The notes beneath the pieces were generated by a model. It had not been told where the DNA came from. It was given only the letters and a program-made list of their open reading frames with translations, and ran no database searches. Shown one piece after another: positions 29,535 to 40,958 of a stretch of 64,000 bases of DNA. This DNA comes from Burkholderiales bacterium. GTDB taxonomy: Bacteria; Pseudomonadota; Gammaproteobacteria; Burkholderiales; JAHFRG01. The number at the start of each line of letters is the position of its first letter. Position 1 is the first letter of the stretch. Location: positions 15,508-79,507 of the forward strand of contig DASZZH010000026.1 of assembly GCA_035543335.1 (NCBI GenBank), in the 5' to 3' direction. A program made the translations under genes and the position numbers.

Positions 29535-30899
29535 TCAATTGATGCCGAGGCGTTCCATGCGGTAGCGCAAGGAGCGGAAAGTAATGCCCAAGAGCCTTGC
29601 TGCGGCAGTGCGGTTGAAGCGGGTTTTTCCCAAGGCTTCGAGGATGGCTTCCTTTTCCAGCCGGTCAAGGTATTCCTGCAGCGGCCATTTATCGTCGGCA
29701 ACGCTCGCGCGTTCCACCGGCTGCTGCGGAGTGAGCTGCAAGTCCTCACGTATGATTTTGGCTCCTGCGCAAAGCGCCAGCGCCCGTTCCAGGATATTTT
29801 CAAGCTCGCGGACATTGCCTGGGAAATCGTACTGGACAAGCGCTTGCAACGCGTCTTCATCGAGCTCGCTTGCGGTTGCCCCGTGCTGTTTGGCCAAGCG
29901 GGGTAAAACGGCCTTGGCAATCAAAGGAATATCCTCACGCATGTCGCGCAGCGAAGGCATCTTTAGCTCAATCACGTTAAGCCGGTAATAAAGATCCTGG
30001 CGGAATTTACCGTTTTCCACGCCATCCGCAAGGTTCTGGTGGGTAGCGCTGATGATGCGCACATCGGCGTTTTCCTCCTGGGTGGAGCCTACCTTGCGCA
30101 CTTTTTTCTCCTGGATCGCGCGCAACAGTTTGACCTGCATCAACAAGGGCAGGTCCGCTACTTCATCGAGAAACAGGGTGCCGCCGTTTGCCGCCTGGAA
30201 AAAACCGTCGCGGTCCTGCTCGGCGCCGGTAAAGGCACCTTTTTTGTAACCGAAAAACTCGCTTTCCATCAGGTTTTCAGGTATCGCGCCGCAGTTTACC
30301 GGCACGAACGGGCCGTTGCGGCGTGCGCTTTTTTGATGGATCAACCTTGCCGCAAGCTCCTTGCCGCTCCCCGATTCGCCGCTGATATAAACCGGCGCCT
30401 CGCTGCGCGAGAGTTTTTCAATCAAGCGGCGCACCTGGCTCATGGCTTCGGACTCACCCAGCAGCAGGTCTTCGCCGGATTTATCGGCGGCAGGCCGGGC
30501 GAGGCTTAATGCAGACTTCACCAGGGTGCGCAACTGTTCCAAGGAAACCGGTTTGGCAATGTAATCGAAGGCGCCGGCCTTCAAAGCGGCAACCGCGTTC
30601 TCGGCGCTGCCATGGGCGGTAATCACCGCCACCGGCAAATCGGCACAGTGCGTATCGATGTACTTGACTAGTTCCAGTCCATCGCCGTCAGGCAGACGCA
30701 TGTCGGTGAGACATAAATCATAATTCCGGGCTTGTAAAAGTTTGAGTGCGGAAGCAAGATTTTCGGCGCGCTCCACTTCCAGTCCCATGCGCAACAAAGT
30801 AAGTTCCAGCAGCTCCAGGATATCGGCCTCATCGTCCACGATGAGAACGCTGAGTCCCGTTGCTGCACCTTCAAGCTTCGACTGTTTGCGCTTGGTCAT
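29535..30899 (-). CDS. pilR: sigma54-dependent response regulator (PilR-type)
   Basis: It has a receiver domain, an AAA+ domain (GESGSGKE, GAFTGA) and a C-terminal HTH. The ATG at 30899 forms an ATGA overlap with the pilS stop. Confidence 0.8.
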   Translation of the reverse strand: MTKRKQSKLEGAATGLSVLIVDDEADILELLELTLLRMGLEVERAENLASALKLLQARNYDLCLTDMRLPDGDGLELVKYIDTHCADLPVAVITAHGSAENAVAALKAGAFDYIAKPVSLEQLRTLVKSALSLARPAADKSGEDLLLGESEAMSQVRRLIEKLSRSEAPVYISGESGSGKELAARLIHQKSARRNGPFVPVNCGAIPENLMESEFFGYKKGAFTGAEQDRDGFFQAANGGTLFLDEVADLPLLMQVKLLRAIQEKKVRKVGSTQEENADVRIISATHQNLADGVENGKFRQDLYYRLNVIELKMPSLRDMREDIPLIAKAVLPRLAKQHGATASELDEDALQALVQYDFPGNVRELENILERALALCAGAKIIREDLQLTPQQPVERASVADDKWPLQEYLDRLEKEAILEALGKTRFNRTAAARLLGITFRSLRYRMERLGIN

Positions 30900-32641
30900 G
30901 CTTTTGCCTTGCAAATTACGGTGAAATGGCCTCCGCTTGTGGCTTCCACGTAATCCAAAGTGGCACCGTTGGCATCACAGATTTCGCGCGCGATGTATAG
31001 CCCCAAGCCGGTGCCGCCCGTCGCCGTGGTAAAAAACGGCTCAAACAACTGGCTGCGTAGCGCAGGCGGGACTCCCGGCCCGTCGTCGATAATATCCAAT
31101 CTTACCGCATCCTTGCTGGTGCCGCCGCCCGCCGCCACCAGCCGAATGCTGCCCTCCCGCCGCTGGCAATGGCGCAAAGCGTTTCGGCACAGATTCCACA
31201 TCACTTGATTTAAATGACTGCGGTCAAAAAACACGCCACGTTGAGTGTGGCTCTCCAGCTTGAAAATATGGGCCGGAATCTTCTCGTTCCGGCAGAACTC
31301 TTCGACAAAGGTCCGCAGGAAATTCACCAGCTTTATATTCTCGCGCAACGCCCGGTCGCGGCGGTTGAGCTTGAGCACATCCTGCACCATGCGGTCCAAC
31401 CGTTGCGCGTTGTCGCTGATAATTTTCAGCAGGCGGGCTTGTGTTTCAGTATGCTCGGATTCTTCTTGAAGCAGCTCGGCGGCATGGCTGATCGAACTCA
31501 ATGGATTTCGGATTTCGTGCGCGATATTAGCGGTAAGCCTGCCTAAAGCAGCGAGCTTGAGCTGCTGGGCTTGCGCCTGAACCCGGCTCAAATCTTCAAG
31601 AAAAATAACAGTGCCGAGAGGATAGCTGTCGCCCACCGCCAGGAAGCGCGCTCCGATCAAGCGTGCGCGTGAAACCGCCAGCGGCTCGATCGCGGCGTTG
31701 GGCTGATTACGCCAGCGTTCGAGCTGCTGCGCCAGCGCCGGGGCGTACTCGTGCAATAGCATGCCTTTGCGCTCACGAGGTAACGTTCCCAACAGCCTTT
31801 CCGCCTGCGAATTATGTTGCCGGATCGTGCCTTTTTCATCCACCACCAGCACGCCATCCTGCATATCCTGAATCACCAGTTGATTGACTTGCGCCAAGTT
31901 GGCAAGGTCAATGCCGCGCTGCAATGCAAGCCGTTCGCTGGCCTGGGTGTATTTTGCAAGGGTGTGCGCAAGCCAGGCGGTAGCAAAGTAGCCTACGCTC
32001 AACATCCCGGCCTGGATATACTGGACCGTATCCGCCAGGTTGCGCAGCACCTGAAAGGTTTGTTCCATCAGCACAGCGATGCTTGCCAGCGCGGCATAAA
32101 ACAAGGTGAGCCGTCCGCGGCTGATCAGCCCCGCTGCGGCAAGCGAGGCCAGGGGCAATAAGCCGAGCCCACTGGTGATGCCGCCACTCGCGTCCATCAG
32201 AATGACGAGGAACACGATGTCGGCGAGAACCTGGCAGGTCAGCTGCAGGGTAAAGTAAGGGCGTTGCGCCGTGATGGTGAAGTGAAAGAACACGGCAAAA
32301 AACCCATAAACAAAACTGCCCCACAAGAAAAGCGGCCGGTCCATCGTGCCAAACAGAGACTGGCCAAAGAAGAAGGCGGTGAAAATAAACGAGCAGGCAA
32401 CCGCCAGCCGATAAAGATTGAAATAGAAGAGGGAGCGCCAGAAGGAAGCGGGTTGCTCGGATTGCTGTGCGCTCAGCACCTGCGACAACGCGGTCAGCTC
32501 CTGCCACAGCGTACGCTGAAGCCCCCTAAGGAAGGATCCAGAGCGGCCCAAAATTCCAATATCTCCACCGCCAAGATCCGCCCGGGTGGCGTCCCCGGGC
32601 TTGCTCGAGCCAGGTGTCTGCGAATCTGGAACTTGCATCAA
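30896..32641 (-). CDS. pilS: sensor histidine kinase (PilS-type)
   Basis: It has multi-TM N-terminal, PAS-like, HEIRNPL H-box and GTGLGL G-box regions. Confidence 0.7.
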   Translation of the reverse strand: MMQVPDSQTPGSSKPGDATRADLGGGDIGILGRSGSFLRGLQRTLWQELTALSQVLSAQQSEQPASFWRSLFYFNLYRLAVACSFIFTAFFFGQSLFGTMDRPLFLWGSFVYGFFAVFFHFTITAQRPYFTLQLTCQVLADIVFLVILMDASGGITSGLGLLPLASLAAAGLISRGRLTLFYAALASIAVLMEQTFQVLRNLADTVQYIQAGMLSVGYFATAWLAHTLAKYTQASERLALQRGIDLANLAQVNQLVIQDMQDGVLVVDEKGTIRQHNSQAERLLGTLPRERKGMLLHEYAPALAQQLERWRNQPNAAIEPLAVSRARLIGARFLAVGDSYPLGTVIFLEDLSRVQAQAQQLKLAALGRLTANIAHEIRNPLSSISHAAELLQEESEHTETQARLLKIISDNAQRLDRMVQDVLKLNRRDRALRENIKLVNFLRTFVEEFCRNEKIPAHIFKLESHTQRGVFFDRSHLNQVMWNLCRNALRHCQRREGSIRLVAAGGGTSKDAVRLDIIDDGPGVPPALRSQLFEPFFTTATGGTGLGLYIAREICDANGATLDYVEATSGGHFTVICKAKA

Positions 32642-32661
32642 ATCATCACCAGCGGGTCGGA

Positions 32662-32895
32662 TTATTTTTTATTCGGGTGCGCGCGCTGATGTTCTTGGGA
32701 GCAGAAATAATCACCGTGGCTGGTAAAGCTTTCGCTTTTCGGCAAGTTCACACCGCAATGCGCGCAGCGCACCATGTCTTCGCCCGTGGCGTCCCGATGC
32801 TGCTGTGACTTCAGCAGGCCTTTGCGATAACTCCTGAGAACCCAGTAAACCAGCAACGCGCCAATTATCACTAACAGCAACCTGCTCAAGCTCAT
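32662..32895 (-). CDS. PP0621-family small zinc-ribbon membrane protein
   Basis: 77 aa, with an N-terminal TM helix and CAHCG...FCSQEH. It occupies the conserved position upstream of pilSR. Confidence 0.6.
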   Translation of the reverse strand: MSLSRLLLVIIGALLVYWVLRSYRKGLLKSQQHRDATGEDMVRCAHCGVNLPKSESFTSHGDYFCSQEHQRAHPNKK

Positions 32896-32933
32896 TCTCC
32901 AGCAGAATTAACAGCGCTCCAGAAAGATAAGGT

Positions 32934-33010
32934 TGGTCGGGGTGACTGGATTCGAACCAGCGACTCCTGCGTCCCGAACGCAGTACTCTACCAGGCTGAG
33001 CTACACCCCG
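32934..33010 (-). tRNA. tRNA-Pro (anticodon CGG)
   Basis: The reverse complement reads CGGGGTGTAGCTCAGCCTGGTAGAGTACTGCGTTCGGGACGCAGGAGTCGCTGGTTCGAATCCAGTCACCCCGACCA. It folds as a cloverleaf with anticodon loop TTCGGGA and an encoded CCA. Confidence 0.95.
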
Positions 33011-33072
33011 AAGTATTGAAGCAATCCGGGATACCAACAAACCCGGTTTGAGATGGGTTCTAGATTTTAAAT

Positions 33073-34053
33073 CTAATAACTTCTGCTGACCGCAAAGTCC
33101 GCTAATTGTAGCAAAGAATCACGGTAATTTGAACGCGGCAGCATAGCGCAGGCGGCACATGCGGCTTGCGCTTCGGTCTTGGCCTGCGTCCGTGCATACT
33201 CCAGGGCACGAGTCTGGTGAATCGTGTCAAGCACCGTAGCAAATTCCTCGCGGCCGCCCTGCTCAATGGCCTTGCGGATGAGAGCCGCCTGCTCGGGGTT
33301 GCCGTATTTCATGGCGTAAATGAGGGGCAAGGTGGGTTTGCCTTCCGCCAGATCGTCGCCGATATTCTTCCCGGTCTGGCTTAGGTCACCGGAATAATCG
33401 AGCACATCATCGATGAGCTGAAACGCGATGCCCAAATGCATGCCGTAACTCGCCATCGCCTCCTCCTCGGCGCTGCCGGCATCGCCCAGTATCGCGCCAA
33501 GACGGGTGGCTGCTTCGAACAGCTTGGCGGTCTTGCAGCGTATTACTTGCAGATAGCGTTGCTCGTCGATGTTGGCGTTATGGCAGTTCAGCAACTGCAG
33601 CACTTCTCCCTCGGCAATCACGTTGGTGGCGTCCGCCAGCACCCGCATCACCCGCATGTTGTCCACTTCCACCATCATCTGGAAAGCGCGCGAGTAGACG
33701 AAATCGCCCACTAATACGCTGGCAGCGTTGCCGAACAGAGCGTTCACCGTCGGACTGCCCCGGCGGAGCGCGGAACCATCCACCACATCATCGTGCAGCA
33801 GCGTGGCGGTATGAATGAACTCCACTACCGCCGCGAGCTCGTAATGATGGTTGCCGCGATAACCGAAGGCACCGGCGGAAAGAATCACCAGCGCCGGGCG
33901 CAGGCGTTTCCCCCCGCTGTTGATGATGTACTCGGCCACCTGGCGAATCAGCGCCACATCGGAATACAGGCGCTGGCGGATGACCTGGTCCACGGCACGC
34001 ATTTCCGGCTCGATGGCGTCACGGATGGCTTCGATTGACAAGGAGGTGCCCAA
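33073..34053 (-). CDS. ispB: octaprenyl diphosphate synthase
   Basis: It carries DDVVD and DDVLD aspartate-rich motifs. Being divergent from rplU is the usual arrangement. Confidence 0.9.
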   Translation of the reverse strand: MGTSLSIEAIRDAIEPEMRAVDQVIRQRLYSDVALIRQVAEYIINSGGKRLRPALVILSAGAFGYRGNHHYELAAVVEFIHTATLLHDDVVDGSALRRGSPTVNALFGNAASVLVGDFVYSRAFQMMVEVDNMRVMRVLADATNVIAEGEVLQLLNCHNANIDEQRYLQVIRCKTAKLFEAATRLGAILGDAGSAEEEAMASYGMHLGIAFQLIDDVLDYSGDLSQTGKNIGDDLAEGKPTLPLIYAMKYGNPEQAALIRKAIEQGGREEFATVLDTIHQTRALEYARTQAKTEAQAACAACAMLPRSNYRDSLLQLADFAVSRSY

Positions 34054-34169
34054 GATAAGTAGCGTCGCAAGAATAAACTCTTAGGATAGCAGAACGCGGC
34101 ATTTTTAGGGGGCAGCGAACCCGGCCGCAACCGGGACAGAAACCCCGGATCAACGAGTCAGACTTTATT

Positions 34170-34198
34170 TTGACTGGTGAGCAGGCTTTATGTAAAAT
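34170..34198 (+). promoter_or_regulatory. candidate sigma70 promoter of rplU-rpmA
   Basis: TTGACT, a 17-nt spacer and TAAAAT. Confidence 0.5.
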
Positions 34199-34233
34199 TA
34201 CACGTTTGCAAAGAAACGGCATCTGGAGCGAAA

Positions 34234-34545
34234 ATGTACGCAGTCATCAAAACCGGAGGCAAGCAGTATCGCGTGGCTTCCGGCGAAAAACTCAAGATTG
34301 AACAAATACCCCAGGCCGTCGGCACTGAAATCGTGCTCGACCAGGTGCTGCTGGTGGCTAACGGCGACAAAATAGCCGCCGGAAACCCGCTGGTGGCGGG
34401 CGCCAAAGTCAAGGCAACCGTGGTTGCCCAAGGGCGGGGCGACAAGGTGCGGATTTTCAAAATGCGCCGTCGCAAGATGTACCGCCGGACGCAGGGCCAT
34501 CGCCAGAATTTCACTGAAATCCGTATCGATACGATTTCGGCATAA
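34234..34545 (+). CDS. rplU: 50S ribosomal protein L21
   Basis: [14 protein letters not shown], 103 aa. Confidence 0.95.
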   Translation: MYAVIKTGGKQYRVASGEKLKIEQIPQAVGTEIVLDQVLLVANGDKIAAGNPLVAGAKVKATVVAQGRGDKVRIFKMRRRKMYRRTQGHRQNFTEIRIDTISA

Positions 34546-34557
34546 GGAAAATCCAAC

Positions 34558-34815
34558 ATGGCACATAAAAAAGCGGGCGGCAGTTCCCGCAACGGCCGCG
34601 ATTCGCAGTCCAAGCGCCTCGGCGTGAAATGTTTCGGCGGCGAACGGGTGCCAGCGGGCAGCATCATCGTGCGCCAGCGCGGCACCCAGGTTCATCCTGG
34701 CGACAACGTCGGCATCGGCAAGGACCACACCCTGTTCGCCAAGGTTACGGGAAAAGTTCAATTCAAGGTCAAAGGCCCGGAGCAGCACAAAACCGTAAGC
34801 GTGATCCCGGTCTAA
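34558..34815 (+). CDS. rpmA: 50S ribosomal protein L27
   Basis: [16 protein letters not shown], 85 aa. Confidence 0.95.
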   Translation: MAHKKAGGSSRNGRDSQSKRLGVKCFGGERVPAGSIIVRQRGTQVHPGDNVGIGKDHTLFAKVTGKVQFKVKGPEQHKTVSVIPV

Positions 34816-34833
34816 GGGTCGTGTCATTCCAAC

Positions 34834-34864
34834 AGCCCTATCGGACGATAGGGCTTTTTTATTT
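34834..34864 (+). terminator. rho-independent terminator/attenuator between rpmA and obg
   Basis: An AGCCCTATC-ggac-GATAGGGCT stem-loop is followed by TTTTTTATTT. Confidence 0.75.
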
Positions 34865-34882
34865 CTAGCCTTGCGGAAGTAA

Positions 34883-35941
<1,059 letters not shown>

Positions 35942-35944
35942 AGC

Positions 35945-37063
35945 ATGCGTGAAGCCTTAAAAAACGCCAAACGACTGGTGATCAAAGTCGGCAGCAGCCT
36001 GGTCACCAATGAGGGGCAAGGTTTGGATCATGCCGCGCTGGCGCGCTGGGCGGAACAGATCGCGGCATTGAAGAAACTCGGCAAGGAAGTACTGCTGGTT
36101 TCCTCCGGCGCGATTGCCGAAGGGATGCAACGGCTCGGCTGGCAAAAGCGCCCGCACAGCATGCATGAGCTGCAGGCCGCCGCCGCAGTGGGGCAGATGG
36201 GGTTGATTCAGGCCTACGAGAGCTGTTTCCGCAAATTCGGCCTGCATACCGCGCAAATTCTTCTGACCCATGAGGACCTGTCGGACCGCAAGCGCTATCT
36301 CAACGCCCGCTCCACCCTGCGCTCGCTGCTGGCGCTCAACGTCATTCCCGTCATCAATGAAAACGACACGGTGGTGACCGACGAAATCCGCTTCGGCGAC
36401 AACGACACGCTGGGCGCGCTGGTGACCAATCTCATCGAAGCTGATGCACTTATCATCCTTACCGATCAGGCGGGTCTTTACACGGCCGATCCGCGCCAGA
36501 GCCCGCGAGCAACCCTCGTCACCGAAGCACGCGCCGGCGACGAGAATCTCGAAAAAATGGCAGGAAGCAGCGGTACGCACATCGGCAGCGGCGGCATGCT
36601 TACCAAAGTGTTCGCCGCCAAACGCGCGGCGCGCAGCGGCGCGCATACCGTGATTGCTCCCGGCCGCGAAGCCAATGTGCTGCTGCGGCTCGCGCAAGGC
36701 GAAGCGCTGGGCAGCCTGCTTTTCGCCGAAACGGTGACTTTGGCTGCGCGCAAACAGTGGCTTGCCGATCATCTGCAGGTGCGCGGCAAACTCATGCTCG
36801 ATGCCGGCGCCGTGCAAGCCTTATGCGCAAGCGGTAAAAGCTTGCTGCCGATAGGCGTATACGATTTGAGCGGGGACTTCGAGCGCGGCGAGGTGGTGAC
36901 TTGCGTGGACCCGCATGGCCGGGAAATCGCGCGCGGCCTGGTCAATTACAACGCTCAAGAAACACGGCGCATCCTGCAGCTGCCCAGCCAGGAAATCGAA
37001 TCGGTGCTGGGTTATGTGGACGAGCCCGAGCTCATTCACAGGGACAACTTGGTTCTGCTCTAG
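35945..37063 (+). CDS. proB: glutamate 5-kinase
   Basis: 372 aa, with an amino-acid kinase domain and a PUA C-terminus. Confidence 0.95.
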   Translation: MREALKNAKRLVIKVGSSLVTNEGQGLDHAALARWAEQIAALKKLGKEVLLVSSGAIAEGMQRLGWQKRPHSMHELQAAAAVGQMGLIQAYESCFRKFGLHTAQILLTHEDLSDRKRYLNARSTLRSLLALNVIPVINENDTVVTDEIRFGDNDTLGALVTNLIEADALIILTDQAGLYTADPRQSPRATLVTEARAGDENLEKMAGSSGTHIGSGGMLTKVFAAKRAARSGAHTVIAPGREANVLLRLAQGEALGSLLFAETVTLAARKQWLADHLQVRGKLMLDAGAVQALCASGKSLLPIGVYDLSGDFERGEVVTCVDPHGREIARGLVNYNAQETRRILQLPSQEIESVLGYVDEPELIHRDNLVLL

Positions 37064-38274
37064 ATCGTCTTGTAAACAAACTCGCGGGTCAAAGGATAAA
37101 CCAGCCTGCCATCCGCCAGCGGCCTGCCCGCCAGCAGCTGGTAAATGGAAATCCAGCCGCGCTCGAAGGCGTCCGCCGATCCCGCCATGTAAACCTGCCA
37201 GGTGCGGAAGATTTTTTCTCCGGCAATTCTCCGCGCCTGGTCCTGCTTCGCGTCCAGGCGCTCCACCCAGTGCCACAGCGTTTTCGCATAATGCGCGCGC
37301 AAATTCTCGGCATCGAGGCATTCCAGCTTCTGCTGCGCCATCGTCTCCATCACCACCGACACATGCACCAGTTCCCCGCCGGGAAACACATAGTCTTCGA
37401 TGAACTTTCCCATATCGCTGCCCAGCTCTGAGCTTTCGGGGGAGGTGAGCGTGATGCCGTGATTCATCACCAGCCCGCCGGGCTTGAGCAGGCGGTAGAT
37501 CTTGCCGAAATAAAGCGGAAGATTACGCCTGCCGACATGCTCGAACATGCCCACGCTGGCAATCTTGTCGAACGGTTCGCGCTCGTCGAGCTCGCGGTAA
37601 TCGCACAGCATCACTTGGCAGCAATCTTGCAAACCCAGTTCCTTGATTTTTTGTCCGACGTATTCGAACTGGTTACGGCTTAAGGTAATACCGGTGGCCT
37701 TGGCACGGTAGCGCTGCGCCGCCCACAGAATCAGGCCGCCCCAGCCGCAGCCGATATCGAGAAAGCACTCGTCTTGCTGCAAATCGAGCTTGCGGCAAAT
37801 CAAATCGAGCTTTTGCTCCTGAGCCAGATCGAGGCTGTCCCCGGGAGTTTTGAAGTAGGCGCAGGAATAGACGCGCCAGCGATCCAGCCATAAGGCGTAA
37901 AAATCGTTCGACACATCGTAGTGATGAGTGATTGCCCTGCGGTCGGCGCTGAGGGTATGGCGCCGCCATTTCCAAACATGGTTGATTTTTTTTCTGCCCA
38001 TCTCGGCGCCAGCATCACAAAGCCCGACGACGATTTCCATGACATCGCGCAAGTTGCCGCGGATATCGAGCTCCTGCTCCACATAGGCCTTGGCGAGCTT
38101 GCCGAGGGTGGGATTCGCCAGGGTGAGCAAGGCGCGCGGCGTGCGCAGCATTATTGTGACCTTGGGCGAACCGGCAGGAGTAATAAGCTGCTGGTCAGGA
38201 AGGCAAATGCTTAATGGCAGGTTAAGCGCGGCAATGCGCTGTTCCAGCCATTGTTTTACTCGATTTTCCAGCAT
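37060..38274 (-). CDS. cyclopropane-fatty-acyl-phospholipid synthase family SAM methyltransferase
   Basis: [14 protein letters not shown] and LDIGCGWGG motifs are present. The stop overlaps the proB stop convergently. Confidence 0.85.
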   Translation of the reverse strand: MLENRVKQWLEQRIAALNLPLSICLPDQQLITPAGSPKVTIMLRTPRALLTLANPTLGKLAKAYVEQELDIRGNLRDVMEIVVGLCDAGAEMGRKKINHVWKWRRHTLSADRRAITHHYDVSNDFYALWLDRWRVYSCAYFKTPGDSLDLAQEQKLDLICRKLDLQQDECFLDIGCGWGGLILWAAQRYRAKATGITLSRNQFEYVGQKIKELGLQDCCQVMLCDYRELDEREPFDKIASVGMFEHVGRRNLPLYFGKIYRLLKPGGLVMNHGITLTSPESSELGSDMGKFIEDYVFPGGELVHVSVVMETMAQQKLECLDAENLRAHYAKTLWHWVERLDAKQDQARRIAGEKIFRTWQVYMAGSADAFERGWISIYQLLAGRPLADGRLVYPLTREFVYKTI

Positions 38275-38317
38275 AGAGGCAACGCATGGGGCACGGGGGG
38301 ATGACCCAAGCTTACCA

Positions 38318-38450
38318 TCTTAAGAGCTCATTTCAAAATTAGCCGCGTATGCGTTGCTGGTCAAAACGGGATGGATGCAAGGCGCGAGGCCGCAGCCATA
38401 GCAGTGCCTGCCGTCGCATAGCGTGTTTAATTCTGAAATGAGCTCTAAGA
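38318..38450. repeat. 133-bp MITE/REP-like element with 24-nt terminal inverted repeats
   Basis: TCTTAAGAGCTCATTTCAAAATTA (38318-38341) pairs with the reverse complement of TTAATTCTGAAATGAGCTCTAAGA (38427-38450), with one indel and one mismatch. The right arm covers the last codons of the DUF3501 gene. Confidence 0.6.
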
Positions 38451-39035
38451 CAGGCGCAAATCCTTGAGGAGCGAGCCGCGCACTGCAGGATCAACGCTTT
38501 CGACGACCACTTGATAGGCAGCATGATCGATACCCATGGCCAGCCCCGCCCCGTTCTTAAGCGCCTGCGCCATTTGCGGCGTAAGTTCGAAGCGCAGAAA
38601 ATGTACTGCCGCGGTTTTTTCCCCGTCATCGCGCTCCAGGTCCTCATCGGCAATCGCATAGACGGGGACATGTCCCGCGATTTTCACCCACACTTTGCGC
38701 TCAATGCCTTTCAAGCGCGCCAGCATGTTCTTGCGCTGCTCAACATCCGGATATTCGATGAGCATGGTGGCCTTCCAGTTGCTGCCATCGGGAATCAGCG
38801 GGTTGTAGGCTTGCAACTCATCCTGTATGCCTTCTTCCTCGAAAATACGCTCCACGCGCAGCATTTCCTGGATCTGGTAACGGATGGTGAACTCGTCTTC
38901 AAAAATCAGCGTGACATGTTCGCCGAGGTGCATTTTGCGGGTTTTCTTGTGCTCCATCACCTTGGCGCGGAACTCCTGGCGCATCCTGGCGTAGGCTTCG
39001 AGCGTCATTAAACTGTCACGGGTAACCGGCATGCG
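38445..39035 (-). CDS. DUF3501 family protein
   Basis: The start was set at MPVTRDSLMTLEAYA, which has an AAGGAAA SD. It occupies the conserved position downstream of the Fe-S protein. Confidence 0.65.
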   Translation of the reverse strand, partial: RMPVTRDSLMTLEAYARMRQEFRAKVMEHKKTRKMHLGEHVTLIFEDEFTIRYQIQEMLRVERIFEEEGIQDELQAYNPLIPDGSNWKATMLIEYPDVEQRKNMLARLKGIERKVWVKIAGHVPVYAIADEDLERDDGEKTAAVHFLRFELTPQMAQALKNGAGLAMGIDHAAYQVVVESVDPAVRGSLLKDLRLS

Positions 39036-39067
39036 AATTTCCTTTCTTGTTTCCACTTTATCCATTT

Positions 39068-40423
39068 TCATAACCCATAAGCGATGCGCAATAGGGTCAA
39101 TGGATGCAGCTTCTGCGCCGCCGTGCCGCCCATGCCTTGCGCGATGTGGCGGCCGGCGATGGCGCAATCGGAGCTGATGTAATCCGGCTCGCCGCTCGCC
39201 ATCTGTTTGAATACCGGCCTGCCGATTTTCATGGAGTGGCCATAGAACTCGGTTTTGACGCCCCAGGTGCCGTCGTGGCCGGAACAGCGTTCCACGGTGT
39301 TGACCTGCGTGCCCGGGATCATTTGTAAAAGCTCGCGGGTTTTCTGCCCCACGTTCTGCACCCGCAGATGGCAGGGAATATGGTAAGAAACTTTGCCCAG
39401 CGGCTTGTTGAAATCGGTGTTGAGCAGACCATCACGCTGGCGCAGCACCAGGTATTCGAACGGATCGAACATCGCTTTGGCCACTGCTTTTACATCGGCG
39501 TCCTCGGGAAACAACAACGGCAGTTCTTGTTTGAACATTAACGTACACGACGGCACCGCGGTCAAGATGGCATAACCCTGCTTGGCCAATTTGACCAGCT
39601 GTGGGATGTTGGTGTTCTTGAGTTTTTCCACTGCGTCGAGATCGCCGAGCTCGAGCTTGGGCATGCCGCAACAGGCTTCTTTTTCCACAATCACTGCGGG
39701 AATCTCGTTGTGCTCGAGGATTTTCAGCAAATCATGGCCGATGCCGGGCTCGTTGTAGTTCAAATAACAAGTGGAAAAAATCGCCACTTTGCCAGGCGTA
39801 TTCTGGCCGTCTTTTACCGCAAAGCCGTGGTTTGCCGCGGCATTCTTGCGGAACGTGCTGCTGGTGAATTCCGGCAAATGCCGCTCCTGATGAATGCCCA
39901 ATACATGGTGCATCACCTTGCGGGCGGCGGCTGTTTTGTTCACCGCATTTACCATCTGCACCACCACCGGAATGCTGGCGAGCTTGCCCAAAGCATCGGT
40001 GCTGGAAAGCAGCTTGTCGCGGAATTTGACCTCGCCTTTCCGGTACTTCACCGCCTTGGCGCGCAGCATCAAATGCGGAAAATCCACGTTCCATGGATGC
40101 GGCGGCACGTACGGGCACTTAGTCATGAAGCACATGTCGCACAGATAGCACTGGTCGACCACGTCCCAGAATTTGTTTTTCTCCACGCCGTCGAGTTCGC
40201 CGGTGGCGCCTTCGTCAATGAGATCAAACAGACGCGGAAAGGCGTTGCACAGATTCACGCAGCGGCGACAGCCGTGGCAGATGTCGAACACCCGCCCCAG
40301 TTCCTTGAAAACGGATTCTTCTTCGTAGAAATCCGGATTGCGCCAGTCTATGGGGTGGCGCTTGGGTGCCTCGAGGCCGCCTTCGCGTGTGGTCATGTGT
40401 GCAATAAGTTTTTTAAACAACAA
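39068..40423 (-). CDS. HdrD/GlpC-like (Fe-S)-binding protein with CCG domains
   Basis: 451 aa. It has two ferredoxin-type Cys clusters (CHGCRRCVNLC, CYLCDMCFMTKCP) and C-terminal CCG-type cysteines. Confidence 0.75.
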   Translation of the reverse strand: MLFKKLIAHMTTREGGLEAPKRHPIDWRNPDFYEEESVFKELGRVFDICHGCRRCVNLCNAFPRLFDLIDEGATGELDGVEKNKFWDVVDQCYLCDMCFMTKCPYVPPHPWNVDFPHLMLRAKAVKYRKGEVKFRDKLLSSTDALGKLASIPVVVQMVNAVNKTAAARKVMHHVLGIHQERHLPEFTSSTFRKNAAANHGFAVKDGQNTPGKVAIFSTCYLNYNEPGIGHDLLKILEHNEIPAVIVEKEACCGMPKLELGDLDAVEKLKNTNIPQLVKLAKQGYAILTAVPSCTLMFKQELPLLFPEDADVKAVAKAMFDPFEYLVLRQRDGLLNTDFNKPLGKVSYHIPCHLRVQNVGQKTRELLQMIPGTQVNTVERCSGHDGTWGVKTEFYGHSMKIGRPVFKQMASGEPDYISSDCAIAGRHIAQGMGGTAAQKLHPLTLLRIAYGL

Positions 40424-40450
40424 GGCGCGAGGGTTTGGCCCTCACGCCTT
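40422..40450. repeat. hairpin AAGGCGCGAGGG-tttgg-CCCTCACGCCTT between rubrerythrin and the Fe-S gene
   Basis: It is an inverted repeat with one mismatch. It shares the CAAGGCGCGAGG core with the elements at 38374-38395 and 48660-48681. Confidence 0.55.
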
Positions 40451-40465
40451 GCGCCTTGGTGAGGC

Positions 40466-40885
40466 TTAATCAGCCAGTTGGTCGAGGGCTTTTTGGAAAC
40501 GGTTGGCGTGCGAGCGCTCGGCTTTGGTCAGCGTTTCAAACCAATCGGCGATTTCGTCGAAACCCTCCTGGCGGGCGATTTTCGCCATGCCCGGATACAT
40601 GTCGGTGTATTCGTGGGTCTCGCCATGGATCGCGGATTTCAGGTTTTGACGCGTCGGGCCGAAAGGTTGATCGGTCGCCGGGTCGCCGCAAGCTTCCAGG
40701 TACTCGAGATGGCCGTGGGCATGGCCGGTTTCGCCTTCAGCAGTGGAACGAAACACCGCCGAGACGTCGTTTTGCCCCTCTACGTCCGCTTTCGCCGCGA
40801 AGTAGAGGTAACGGCGGTTTGCCATGGATTCACCGGCAAACGCCGCTTTCAAGCTTTCATGGGTTTTAGATCCTTTGAGCTGCAT
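40466..40885 (-). CDS. rubrerythrin-family di-iron protein without a rubredoxin domain
   Basis: 139 aa, with ExxH pairs (EGETGH, HGETHE) in a four-helix ferritin-like pattern. Confidence 0.9.
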   Translation of the reverse strand: MQLKGSKTHESLKAAFAGESMANRRYLYFAAKADVEGQNDVSAVFRSTAEGETGHAHGHLEYLEACGDPATDQPFGPTRQNLKSAIHGETHEYTDMYPGMAKIARQEGFDEIADWFETLTKAERSHANRFQKALDQLAD

Positions 40886-40958
40886 CTATGTCTCCTATAA
40901 ATTGCTGATATAAACGTGTTTCTATAGCGAAGCGGGGGTTTTAAACAAATAAAACAGT

